Shown here: one piece after another, positions 16,903 through 26,400 of the stretch | Layout of the letters: each line of letters starts with the position of its first letter | How positions within the stretch are numbered: position 1 is the first letter of the stretch | DNA from: Cyanothece sp. SIO2G6 | Lineage (GTDB): Bacteria; Cyanobacteriota; Cyanobacteriia; CAKZMO01 | Assembly (NCBI GenBank): GCA_010672345.1 | Contig: JAAHGY010000008.1 | Span: 1 to 37,808 of the forward strand | DNA: 37,808 nucleotides | Reading direction: 5' to 3' | Program-made: the position numbers and the translations under genes | The notes under the pieces: generated by a model | What the model saw: only the letters and a program-made list of their open reading frames with translations | Databases searched by the model: none | What the model was told of the DNA's origin: nothing

Positions 16903-19900
16903 TTAGGACTCCTCCTGGGAAGGCTGGGAACGAACAGTTTTGCGTCGGGTCATGCGGAGTTTTTGTAAGTGAGTTCGTGATAGGGTCTGAGCCTGCTGCT
17001 GCTGTCGCTGCCGATCCAGGCTGTTGAGATGAGCTTGCCAGTCCCCTACGGAAGCATCGGGGTGAGCCACAAGCCACTGGAGCAGCGCTTTCAGATAGTG
17101 GAGCCAGCGCTCGGTGGTGTCTGCGGTAAAACAGGTGCGATCGCTCATAATCTGCAACACAAATTCTTCCCTTGGCAGCACCCGCAGGGTCAGGGGATAG
17201 TTATTGTTGCGAGACGTTGCTTCCGACAGCATTGTCAGCTTCGTTTGAGTCGAGGCACCCACCGCGTCCACCCGGTAATTTTCAAACACAATCAGGCTTT
17301 CAAACAGAGGTATGCCAGCAGGTAGCTCACTCCACCGTTGAATCTGATTCAGGGGGCTATATTCATACTGGCGAGCCTCGCTACGCTGGGTTTGCAGGGC
17401 TTGCATCCAGGTCATAATGCCCATATCTGCGATCAGCTTGACCCGCACTGGCAAGGTGTTGATAAAGAGGCCCACCATTTTGTCCACACCCGCGAGGCTG
17501 GGAGGTCGTCCCGCTGTGGTTGCACCAAAGACAATGTCGGTCTGGCCGCTAATCTGACTGAGAAGAATAGCCCAGGTTGCCTGAACCAAGGTGTTGGGGG
17601 TAATCCGATGCTGTTGGGCCAGGGTCTGAATGGCCGTAGCGGTGGCAGAATCTAAGGTGAAACCTTGAATTTCGTGGTTGGGGAGAGCGCCTTGGGGTTT
17701 CTGATAACCCAGAGAAGTGGGGGTCTGGAAGCCCTCCAGCAGGGAAGTCCAAAAGGTCTCTGCCGTGGATAAATCTTGGGCCATTAACCAGGCAATGTAC
17801 TCTCGATAGGGACGGCGCTCCGATAAGGTGGGCTGTTGCCCCTGGGTCAAGTTTTCGTAGAGCGTGAAGATTTCCTGAATCACCATCGGCATCGACCAGC
17901 CATCTAAGAGGATGTGATGACAGCTCCAAATGATATCGTAGGTATCATCGGTGACTTGCACTAGGGTGGGACGCATCAGGGGGGCAATGTGAGGTTGGAA
18001 GCCCGTGCGCTGATCCTGCTCCAGCAGTGCAGCTAAGTTAGTTTTTTGTGCGGCGGGTGTTTGCGATCGCCAATCATGCACCTGCCAAGGGACAACGACC
18101 TGCTGTTGCACCACCTGTAATGGCTCAGGCAAATCTTGCCACACAAATGCTGTACGGAGGATGGGGTGGCGATCGCTAATCAGTTGCCAGGTTTTCTGGA
18201 GCGCGGCCACATCCAGTTCACCCTGAAGACGGCAACAAATTTGGGTAACATACATGCCATCATCGGGCGCGTAGAGTGCATGGAATAAAAATCCTTGCTG
18301 GATAGGGGTGAGGGGATAGCAGTCTTCAATTTGGGGATGACGTGCGACTAGACAATCGAGGGTCGCTTGATCCAGTTGTGCCAAGGGAAAATCGGAGGGA
18401 GTATAGCCACCTGCTGCGGGACTGAGGCAGTGAGCCATGAGCGATCGCAACGTCTCCAAAAAAAACTGAGCCAGAGTCTCAATAGTTGATGGCGAGTACA
18501 CAGACACCTGGTAAGTCCAGCATAACCGCAACTGGCCTGCAACAATATTGCTATCGATATAGAGGCTATAGGTTTGACTTTGCCTCAACTTTGTTGCTTG
18601 GATCACCCGAAGCTGTGGAGCTTCAGTTTCCATCTCCTTATCACCATTGAGATGCTCAGATAAGTGTTCAGAGTGGCTAAAGTAAATGGTCGGGAGTAGT
18701 TCAGACGCTGTTGAACTGTCTGCTTGTCTGGCAGCCTGTCGATGTTGTTCTTTAATCGTTTTAATCGCAGAAGCTGGCTGATCAATATCCGTTAGGTCAA
18801 ACGCAATCGGACAGAGTGTTTCAAACCATCCGATGGTGCGGGATACATCCATATCTTCAACCAGATGGTTACGTCCCTCCCTAGCAAGGTCAATCGCTAG
18901 CGTAGATTCCTGTGTGCAATGGGCATAGGTTTGTACTAAGGCAGTAAGCAATACTTCGCAGGTGTGGGTGCGGTAAGCGAGGGGCACGTGCTGAAGCAGG
19001 GTTTGGGTATTTTCCGTGTCTAGGCTGACGGTTAAGCTGGCGATCGCGGCGGTTTCTCCACCCGCAGAATCAAGCGACGGTTGTATTGATGGCTGGTCCT
19101 GCTCCAGAGGCTGATCCTGATACTCCTGGTGCTGGAGCCGTTGACACCACTGCTGCAATGAGTGGGTTTTCGCCGATAGTCGCAGGGTCTGGCCTTGTAA
19201 CTGTTGTTGTAACAAAGTTTGGATGTCGCCTGTAAGAATCTGCCAGGAAGTAGGGTCAATTACAAGCTGATGAGCAATGAGGAGCAGATGTTGTAAATCC
19301 TCTTGGGTGGTAGGCTCTAGCAGAATAGCTTGAAACAGCGGCCCAGTAGCCAAATCCAGATTGTTCTGGAAGTTGTTGATAACGGTGGCGATTACCCTTT
19401 CCCTATCAACCCCAGACAGCGTAACCTGACTCACCAACCCTGGAGGCAAATGATCCAAGGCTGGATCATTATGTTGCGTCCAGGTGGCATCCTGCTGTTG
19501 GAAACTCAACCGCAACCCATCATGGTGATTCAGCAAATGATGGATGATGACTTGCAGATTCTCCAGAGTCAAGGGCTGTCGTAACTCTAGCTCCAAGGTC
19601 TGATACCACTGGCGATAATCGGTGGAGGGTTGGTCGAAAAACCAGCGTTGGATTGGTGTCAGCGGAATTGGGCCTACCACCGTGCCTTGGTCAGCAGTCG
19701 TGGCCGTTTCCACCACAGTTGCCAAGGTTCTGATAGTTTGGTGCTGAAATAGCTGCTTGGGGGTAAGTTGCAGTCCAGCCTGGTTCGCTTGAGCAATAAT
19801 CTGCAAGCTGAGGATGGAATCTCCTCCCAACTCAAAAAAGTTATCGTCGATGCCAATGGTGGAAACCCCCAGCACCTGGGTCCAGATGGTGGCAAGCTGT

Positions 19901-22900
19901 TGTTCTAGGGGCGATCGCGCCGCAGTAAATGGAGCCGCCAAACCAGAGCGATCGGGATTGGGCACATCAAGCGATTGCAATTTGGCCCGGTCAATTTTGC
20001 CGTTAGCGTTGAGGGGCATTTGCTTTAGCCAAACAAATGTCGCTGGCACCATGTAGTCCGGTAGTTGTGCCTGTAATTCCTGGCGCAAGTCTTGGACCGA
20101 GCAAGGTGGCTCAACGTCAAGCTTAATGTTGGCACTTACCCCCCTTAATCCCCCCTTGGTAAGGGGGGAAACCTTCGGAACTCCCTCCCCTTGGGAAGGG
20201 GAGGGCTGGGGTGGGGTAGACGGCATCACTGGGGCCAGATCTGAGTTAATCCCATCAGAGTTAGTCTCGGAGACGGTTTCAGCCTCAGCCTCAACCTCAA
20301 TCGAGTGCTGTGGTGTCAAATAGGCAACCAGTCGATTTTGTCCCGATTGGTCCGTTTGCACCATCACCACCGCATCTTGTACTTGGACAAGATGACGTAG
20401 TTTGGCTTCAATCTCACCCAGTTCGATCCGAAAACCTCGGATTTTTACTTGGTGATCAATCCGTCCCAGATACTCAAACGTACCATCAGGCAAATAACGA
20501 GCTAAATCACCCGTTTTGTAAAGACGACCCGAACCAAACGGATTGGCGATAAATCGTTCTGCCGTTAGCTTTGGCCGGTTGAGATAGCCCCGTGCTAGCC
20601 CCACACCACCAATGTACAGTTCACCTGGAATACCGATCGGTACAGGCTGTAGGGAACGATCGAGAATCATGCTTTGGAGATCCGGTAGCGCCCTGCCAAT
20701 GGGACTACTGGGCTGGTCTAAATCCAGTTTACTGAGCGGACGATAGGTCACATGCACTGTCGTCTCGGTGATGCCATACATGTTCACTAGTTGAGGCTGT
20801 TGGTCCCCATGTCGCTCAAACCAGGGCCGCAAGCTTTCGACTGCCAGCGCCTCGCCGCCAAAGATGACATAACGCAATTTTAAGGTGTCAGCCGGATAGT
20901 CAGCATCCACTTGAATCAACTGACTAAAGGCCGATGGAGTCTGATTGAGAACGGTAACCTGCTGTTCAACCAAGAGGTCATAAAATTCCTGGGAAGAGCG
21001 GCTGACCCAATAAGGCACCACCACCAGCCGTCCCCCATAGAGCAAGGCACCCCATAGTTCCCATACCGAAAAATCAAATGCATAGGAGTGGAAAAACGTC
21101 CAACAATCCTGATGATTAAAGTTGTACAGAGAGGCCGTCGTGTCAAATAGACGCACAACATTCTGGTGGGGAATCATCACGCCTTTGGGAATGCCTGTTG
21201 AACCGGAGGTGTAGATAATGTAAGCCAGGTTGTCAGCCGTGACTTCCGTATCCAAATTCTCTGACGGTAGCTGAGTAAGGGTCGGCCAGATTTCATCCAA
21301 ACAAACGATTGGAGCATCCAGGTGCGGCAATTCTTCCAGCAGGGCTGCTTGGGTCAGGAGCAGGGAAATATGGGCATCCTCAACCATAAATTGGAGCCGT
21401 GAGGGAGGATAGGTGGGGTCCAAAGGAACGTAGGCTCCGCCTGCTTTCAGAATTCCGAGTAACCCCACGATCATGTCGAGGGAGCGTTCTACACAAATCC
21501 CGACCAGAACCTCTGGGCCAACTCCCAAAGCCTGGAGGTGACGTGCCAGTTGATTTGCCCGTTGATTCAGTTCAGCGTAGGTGAGGTGATGGTGCTCAAA
21601 GGTAACGGCGATCGCCTCCGGATACTGCTCAACTTGGGCTTCAAAGCGCTGGTGCAGACAAACTAGAGCAGATGCTTGACCGTCTGGTTGCGGCTCTTGG
21701 ATCTGTCGCCAATCTCTGAGTTGGGCTGATTCGCCTGGGGTGAGTAAGGGAAGCCTGTCGAGGCAGGTGTCGGGATTGGCGGCAATGCCCGTCAGCAAAA
21801 CCTGGAAATGACCCAGCAGCCGCTCAATGGTGGCACTGTCAAACAGATCGCTGCTGTACTCCAGCGTGCCCTGCAAACAACCTTCAGATTCAACCACGGT
21901 TAACGTGAGGTCAAACTTGGCAGTGTTCCTGGCTAACTCCAGAGGCTGTAGGGTTAGCCCCGGTAAGCTGAGACCAGTATTGGGAGCATTTTGCAACACC
22001 AGCATTACTTGAAACAAGGGTGTATGGCTTAGGTCCCGTGGCAGTTGTAGGGTTTCAACCAGCTTTTCAAAGGGCAAGTCCTGATGGCTATAGGCTCCCA
22101 GGGCCACCTCACGCACCTGATTGAGTAGTTGCCGAAAACTGGAATCTCCGTCTAGCTGGCTCCGCAAGGCTAGGGTATTCATAAACAAACCAAGCAGCCC
22201 TTCGAGCGCCGCATGATTCCGATTGGCGATGGGTGAACCGACGGTAATGTCGGTCTGGCCTGTATAGCGATACAGCAGGGTTTTCAGGGCAGCTAGGAGC
22301 GTCATGAATAGGGTCGCATCAGCCGCTTTGCTCAGACTTTTAAGGGCTTGGGTTAACTCTGTGGATAAGGAAAAATTCTGGTGGCTGCCACGAAAGCGTT
22401 GTACGGCTGATCGGGGGCGATCGCTCGGCAACTGCAACACTGGAGGAATAGTGGCAAATTGTTGCTGCCAATAGTGAATTTGTTTTTGTAAATACTCTCC
22501 CTGGAGTCGCTGCCGTTGCCAGAGGGTAAAGTCTGCATATTGGAGGGGTAGGGACGGTAGCGGGTTGGGCAATCCTTGGGTGAAGGCGTGATAAAGCGTG
22601 GCGATCTCCCGCACCAACACCCCGGTAGACCAGACATCTGAAATGATGTGGTGTAACGTTACTAGCAAGACAAACTCCTGGTCTGCCAACGTTAGCAACG
22701 TCACCCTCAGCAACGGACCCTGGCGGAGATCAAAGGGTTGATGCACCTCTTTTTGGGCCAGCCGCTCCACTTCGTCCCAGGGCTGTTCGTCCAGGGCAGA
22801 CAAATCAATCTGCGTTAATGTCGTCAGTCCTTGGGAATGAATAATCTGTTGAGAATGCCCCCCAAACTCAGCACCCACACTGCCATTGTGGGGATTACTT

Positions 22901-23220
22901 TCGGTGCTGCTGGTATCGGCAATGGTCGTCCGCAGAATTTCATGGCGCTGCACTAAGGTTTGCAACACCTGCTCCAGAGCAGTAGTATCCAGCTTCCCTT
23001 GCAGATGTAGCCCAAAGGGAATGTTGTACAGCGGACTATCGGGTTCAAATTGGTACAAAAACCAAAGACGTTGCTGCGAAAACGATAGCGGTACTACTGC
23101 GTCAGGAGAACGGCGAGGAATGGTAGGCACTGGTGCGGTTCTGCCTTTGAGACGCTGAGCCAGGAGTGCTTGCTTAGCCGCAGAAAGTTTGGATTTGCGC
23201 GTTGATGTTGGGTCTGCCAT
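16903..23220 (-). CDS. NRPS-D: C-A(Thr)-T-E(degenerate)-C
   Basis: 2105 aa; motifs [99 protein letters not shown]. Confidence 0.95.
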   Translation of the reverse strand: MADPTSTRKSKLSAAKQALLAQRLKGRTAPVPTIPRRSPDAVVPLSFSQQRLWFLYQFEPDSPLYNIPFGLHLQGKLDTTALEQVLQTLVQRHEILRTTIADTSSTESNPHNGSVGAEFGGHSQQIIHSQGLTTLTQIDLSALDEQPWDEVERLAQKEVHQPFDLRQGPLLRVTLLTLADQEFVLLVTLHHIISDVWSTGVLVREIATLYHAFTQGLPNPLPSLPLQYADFTLWQRQRLQGEYLQKQIHYWQQQFATIPPVLQLPSDRPRSAVQRFRGSHQNFSLSTELTQALKSLSKAADATLFMTLLAALKTLLYRYTGQTDITVGSPIANRNHAALEGLLGLFMNTLALRSQLDGDSSFRQLLNQVREVALGAYSHQDLPFEKLVETLQLPRDLSHTPLFQVMLVLQNAPNTGLSLPGLTLQPLELARNTAKFDLTLTVVESEGCLQGTLEYSSDLFDSATIERLLGHFQVLLTGIAANPDTCLDRLPLLTPGESAQLRDWRQIQEPQPDGQASALVCLHQRFEAQVEQYPEAIAVTFEHHHLTYAELNQRANQLARHLQALGVGPEVLVGICVERSLDMIVGLLGILKAGGAYVPLDPTYPPSRLQFMVEDAHISLLLTQAALLEELPHLDAPIVCLDEIWPTLTQLPSENLDTEVTADNLAYIIYTSGSTGIPKGVMIPHQNVVRLFDTTASLYNFNHQDCWTFFHSYAFDFSVWELWGALLYGGRLVVVPYWVSRSSQEFYDLLVEQQVTVLNQTPSAFSQLIQVDADYPADTLKLRYVIFGGEALAVESLRPWFERHGDQQPQLVNMYGITETTVHVTYRPLSKLDLDQPSSPIGRALPDLQSMILDRSLQPVPIGIPGELYIGGVGLARGYLNRPKLTAERFIANPFGSGRLYKTGDLARYLPDGTFEYLGRIDHQVKIRGFRIELGEIEAKLRHLVQVQDAVVMVQTDQSGQNRLVAYLTPQHSIEVEAEAETVSETNSDGINSDLAPVMPSTPPQPSPSQGEGVPKVSPLTKGGLRGVSANIKLDVEPPCSVQDLRQELQAQLPDYMVPATFVWLKQMPLNANGKIDRAKLQSLDVPNPDRSGLAAPFTAARSPLEQQLATIWTQVLGVSTIGIDDNFFELGGDSILSLQIIAQANQAGLQLTPKQLFQHQTIRTLATVVETATTADQGTVVGPIPLTPIQRWFFDQPSTDYRQWYQTLELELRQPLTLENLQVIIHHLLNHHDGLRLSFQQQDATWTQHNDPALDHLPPGLVSQVTLSGVDRERVIATVINNFQNNLDLATGPLFQAILLEPTTQEDLQHLLLIAHQLVIDPTSWQILTGDIQTLLQQQLQGQTLRLSAKTHSLQQWCQRLQHQEYQDQPLEQDQPSIQPSLDSAGGETAAIASLTVSLDTENTQTLLQHVPLAYRTHTCEVLLTALVQTYAHCTQESTLAIDLAREGRNHLVEDMDVSRTIGWFETLCPIAFDLTDIDQPASAIKTIKEQHRQAARQADSSTASELLPTIYFSHSEHLSEHLNGDKEMETEAPQLRVIQATKLRQSQTYSLYIDSNIVAGQLRLCWTYQVSVYSPSTIETLAQFFLETLRSLMAHCLSPAAGGYTPSDFPLAQLDQATLDCLVARHPQIEDCYPLTPIQQGFLFHALYAPDDGMYVTQICCRLQGELDVAALQKTWQLISDRHPILRTAFVWQDLPEPLQVVQQQVVVPWQVHDWRSQTPAAQKTNLAALLEQDQRTGFQPHIAPLMRPTLVQVTDDTYDIIWSCHHILLDGWSMPMVIQEIFTLYENLTQGQQPTLSERRPYREYIAWLMAQDLSTAETFWTSLLEGFQTPTSLGYQKPQGALPNHEIQGFTLDSATATAIQTLAQQHRITPNTLVQATWAILLSQISGQTDIVFGATTAGRPPSLAGVDKMVGLFINTLPVRVKLIADMGIMTWMQALQTQRSEARQYEYSPLNQIQRWSELPAGIPLFESLIVFENYRVDAVGASTQTKLTMLSEATSRNNNYPLTLRVLPREEFVLQIMSDRTCFTADTTERWLHYLKALLQWLVAHPDASVGDWQAHLNSLDRQRQQQQAQTLSRTHLQKLRMTRRKTVRSQPSQEES
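16996..18333 (-). other. NRPS-D terminal condensation domain (DCL-like)
   Basis: YPLTPIQQGFLFH, RHPILRTAF, CHHILLDGWS; followed only by a basic tail (RMTRRKTVRSQP) and the stop. Confidence 0.8.
18346..19668 (-). other. NRPS-D epimerization-like domain, core motifs degenerate
   Basis: E1 TPIQRWFF is present, but E2 reads AHQLVIDPTSW (19243-19275), EGHGRE reads EGRNH, and the GxGYG and FNYLGQ motifs are absent. Confidence 0.75.
19696..19908 (-). other. NRPS-D thiolation domain (GGDSI type)
   Basis: [14 protein letters not shown]; Ppant Ser codon at 19816-19818. Confidence 0.85.
19966..21663 (-). other. NRPS-D adenylation domain, predicted Thr
   Basis: hand-extracted 10-residue code DFWNIGMVHK, which equals the Thr code as remembered from the Stachelhaus table. 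Confidence 0.8.
20135..20217. repeat. double-hairpin palindromic repeat element, copy B, inside the NRPS-D coding sequence
   Basis: CCCCCCTTGGTAAGGGGGG and CCCTCCCCTTGGGAAGGGGAGGG hairpins; reverse complement of copy A; translated in frame as TPPQPSPSQGEGVPKVSPLTKGGLRGVS. Confidence 0.8.
21751..23103 (-). other. NRPS-D condensation domain (LCL-like), HHIISDVWS
   Basis: C1 LSFSQQRLWFL; C3 at 22627-22653 with Val in place of the usual Gly. Confidence 0.8.
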
Positions 23221-23279
23221 TGTTCGTTTAATCTGCCTGTCTAATACTGCCTGCTTAAGGAATGAGGATTAAATAAAAA

Positions 23280-23458
23280 GTTTTTGTGGGGGGCGGGCGG
23301 ATTATGTGTTTAGCGAAGCCCAGTAGTATCGCAAGCCTAGCTTTACCCCCCTTAATCCCACCTTGTAAAGGGGGGAAATTTCGGTCCTCCCCCTTTGCAA
23401 GAGGGAGTTAGAGGGGTTGCTAAACACCTACGTAGCGGAGTCACGCCCCCCAAAAAAC
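23280..23458. repeat. composite nested palindromic element between NRPS-C and NRPS-D
   Basis: outer arms GTTTTTGTGGGGGGCG and CGCCCCCCAAAAAAC; inner arms GTGTTTAGC and GCTAAACAC; repeat copy C (23341-23417) sits in the loop. Confidence 0.7.
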
Positions 23459-23460
23459 GT

Positions 23461-26400
23461 CTACTCCTGCATCAATGCTTGAACTTCTTCATCTGTCATG
23501 GCCTCAATTTCTGCTAGGAGAGCAATTTCAACCACTTCAGCAATCTCTGCCACTGTATGGGCATCAAACAATTGGTGCAGAGGCAGTTCAACTTGAAAAA
23601 CTTCCCGTAAGCGCGATAATACCTGGGTGGCTAGCAGCGAATGGCCGCCTAAATCAAAGAAGTTATCGTTGACTCCAACGGTTTCCAGCCCTAGAACATC
23701 GGTCCAAATGGCGGCGATCGCTTCTTCGGTGGGATTGCGGGGAGCAACATACTCTTTGGAGAGATCCGGTCTAATCCGCTCCGGGGCTGGTAGAGCCTGT
23801 CGATCGACCTTGCCGTTGGGGGTCAGGGGCAGCGCAGACAAGGTAACAAATAGACTGGGAATCATGTAGTTGGGCAGTCGCTGTCGCAGAAACAAACGGA
23901 ACTCACCAGAATCTAGGGTTGTCTCGGTCGTTTTTTCAGGGTGAGGAACCGCAGGGTGAGGAACCACATAGGCCACCAGCACAGGGTTATTGGGGTCGTC
24001 CTCCCTAACAATGGTGCTTACCGCCTGGACATCGGGATGCTGGGCCAGTTGAGCCTCAATTTCCCCCAACTCGATGCGGAACCCGTGGAGTTTGACTTGT
24101 AAATCCACCCGCCGCAAAAACTCCAGATTCCCGTCGGGGTGACGACGAGCCAAGTCACCCGTGCGGTACATTCGCCCCCCAGATTGGTGGCTAAACGGGT
24201 CTGGTAGGAACCGCGCCGCTGTCAATCCTGGACGGTGCAGATAACCACGGGTCACTCCGTCACCGCCAATATAAACTTCCCCTGGAATGCCGATAGGAAC
24301 GGGTTGGAGGTCAGAGTCCAACAAGTAAACTTGGCTATTGGTCAGCGCTTGACCAATGGGGACGGTGGCGGCTGTTTGCTGGGCGGTGGTGCGAAAGGCA
24401 TGGGTCAGGGCACCAACAGTGGTTTCGGTGGGTCCGTAGTGGTTAAAGCTACGACAGTGGGGAGCCAATTGTTGGATCTGATCCATCAGCGACCAAGAGC
24501 AGGCTTCTCCGCCCAATACTAGCCGTTGACGGGGCAACATCTGCTCAGGCTGTGGAGTTTGGAGCAAGGCTCTCAGGTGGGATGGCACAATCTTGAGGCA
24601 GTCGATCGGGTGCTGTTGAGTATAGTCCACCAGCGCCTGGGCATCCCCAACCCGTTCAGCGGCAATCACATGCAGGGTTCCCCCCTGGCACAGACAGGGA
24701 AAGATCATGGTGTGGCCCAAATCAGCAGCCAAGGTTGACACGGTGGCGTAATGTCCCGCAGCAGGGAGGTCTAAGCGGTCAATGGCGCTGTCAACGTAGG
24801 AGAGCAACTGACGATGTTCAACGGCGACCCCTTTGGGCTGGCCCGTGGAGCCAGAGGTGTAGATAATGTAGGCCAGATTCGCCAGCATCACTGCACTGGT
24901 AGGATTGGCGCTGCTGTGTTGGGCGATGATGGGGCGATCGCCATCCAAACAAACCACCTGAGTCGTCACCGCCGTTTCCCGCAGTAATGACTGTCGGGTG
25001 ACTAAAATCTTGGCTTGGGCATCTTCCAGACGATAGCTGACTCCGTTGCTAGGCAGGGCAATGTCAATGGGCAGATAGGTGGCACCTGTTTTGAGGATGG
25101 CTAGCAGCGCAATTAATAAATCAAGCGATCGCTCCAAATAAATAGCCACAGGTACCTCTGGCCCAGCCCCTAATTGCTGGAGATGGTGAGCTAGTTGGTT
25201 AGCTTGGTGATTGAGTTCTTGGTAGGTGAGTTGTTGCGTTTCGTAAATCAAGGCAACCGCATTTGGAGTCCGTTCAACCTGCTGTTCAATGCGATGATGA
25301 ATGCAGGTGTTAGACACAATGTGGGCAGGGGTGGCGTTGGCCGTTGGTGTTAAAGCATCCGCTGCATCGGTTAACTTAAAGCTGCTGATGGAGGCTGTGG
25401 GCTGCTGACTCATGTGAGTGAGTAGAGACTGGAGTTGGTTACTGAGGGCGGCGATCGCCCCTGCACTGATCACGGTCTCGTTGTAGTGAAATTCCAACAC
25501 TAGTTGGTTATCCTGCTGGATTGCGGTTAACTTCAACTCTGGAGCTTGAGCATCGCTCCACGTTTGCTCAAGCCTGAACTCGACTCCGGCCACACTAACG
25601 GATGCAGGTTGGTGGATAAACTCAAAACTGATGGGCCATGGGACTGGGCGATCGCTCGGATAATAATCTTGCCATTCATTTAGTTCTTGCCAATTCTGTT
25701 CAACCTGACGGAGTAAAGCGGTAAAGGCGATCGCCCCAGAGATCTGACTGTGCAACGGTAACGTGTGGGTAAATGGCCCACAGACATCCACTAAGTCCTC
25801 ATCCTGACGACTTTCACAGGTGACTCCAAGCGTAATGTCAGATTGCTCTGTCTGTCGCCACAACACCACCAGCCAACTCGTTAGCAAAACTGTTTCCACA
25901 GCCGTATCCATTGCCAACAGAGTTTCAGCAAGGGGAGTCGCCAATTCCATTCGGTGGACGTTGGACCTAAATTGGTCCGGTTCAGCATCTCGATACCGTA
26001 AGGGTGGTAGCAAAGGCCCACGAGATGGTGATAGCTGTTGTTGCCAAAATGTTTGGGCAGCTTGACTCTCCTCATCAGCCTCTGTGAGCAACTGCTCTTG
26101 CCAGGTGGCAAACTGGACATACTGGACGGGTTCTTCTGTTAGCGATCGCCCCCCGTAACATTGGCTGATCTGGGCTAGCAGAATCTCACAGGTCTTGGTG
26201 TCAGCACAGAGTGCAGGTAGGGTCAGCAGTAGGATGTGCTTATTTTCACTCAGCTTAAACAGTGTTGCTTCAACCCAACTTGGTCCCGCTGGCTGAACCG
26301 ATTGCCGCTGCTTCGCTTGAAAGTTAGCCAAAGTGACAGCTTGTTCTGTGGCAGTGGCGGTCGCCAGATCAATCATCTGCCAATTAATGCTCCCCTGAGA

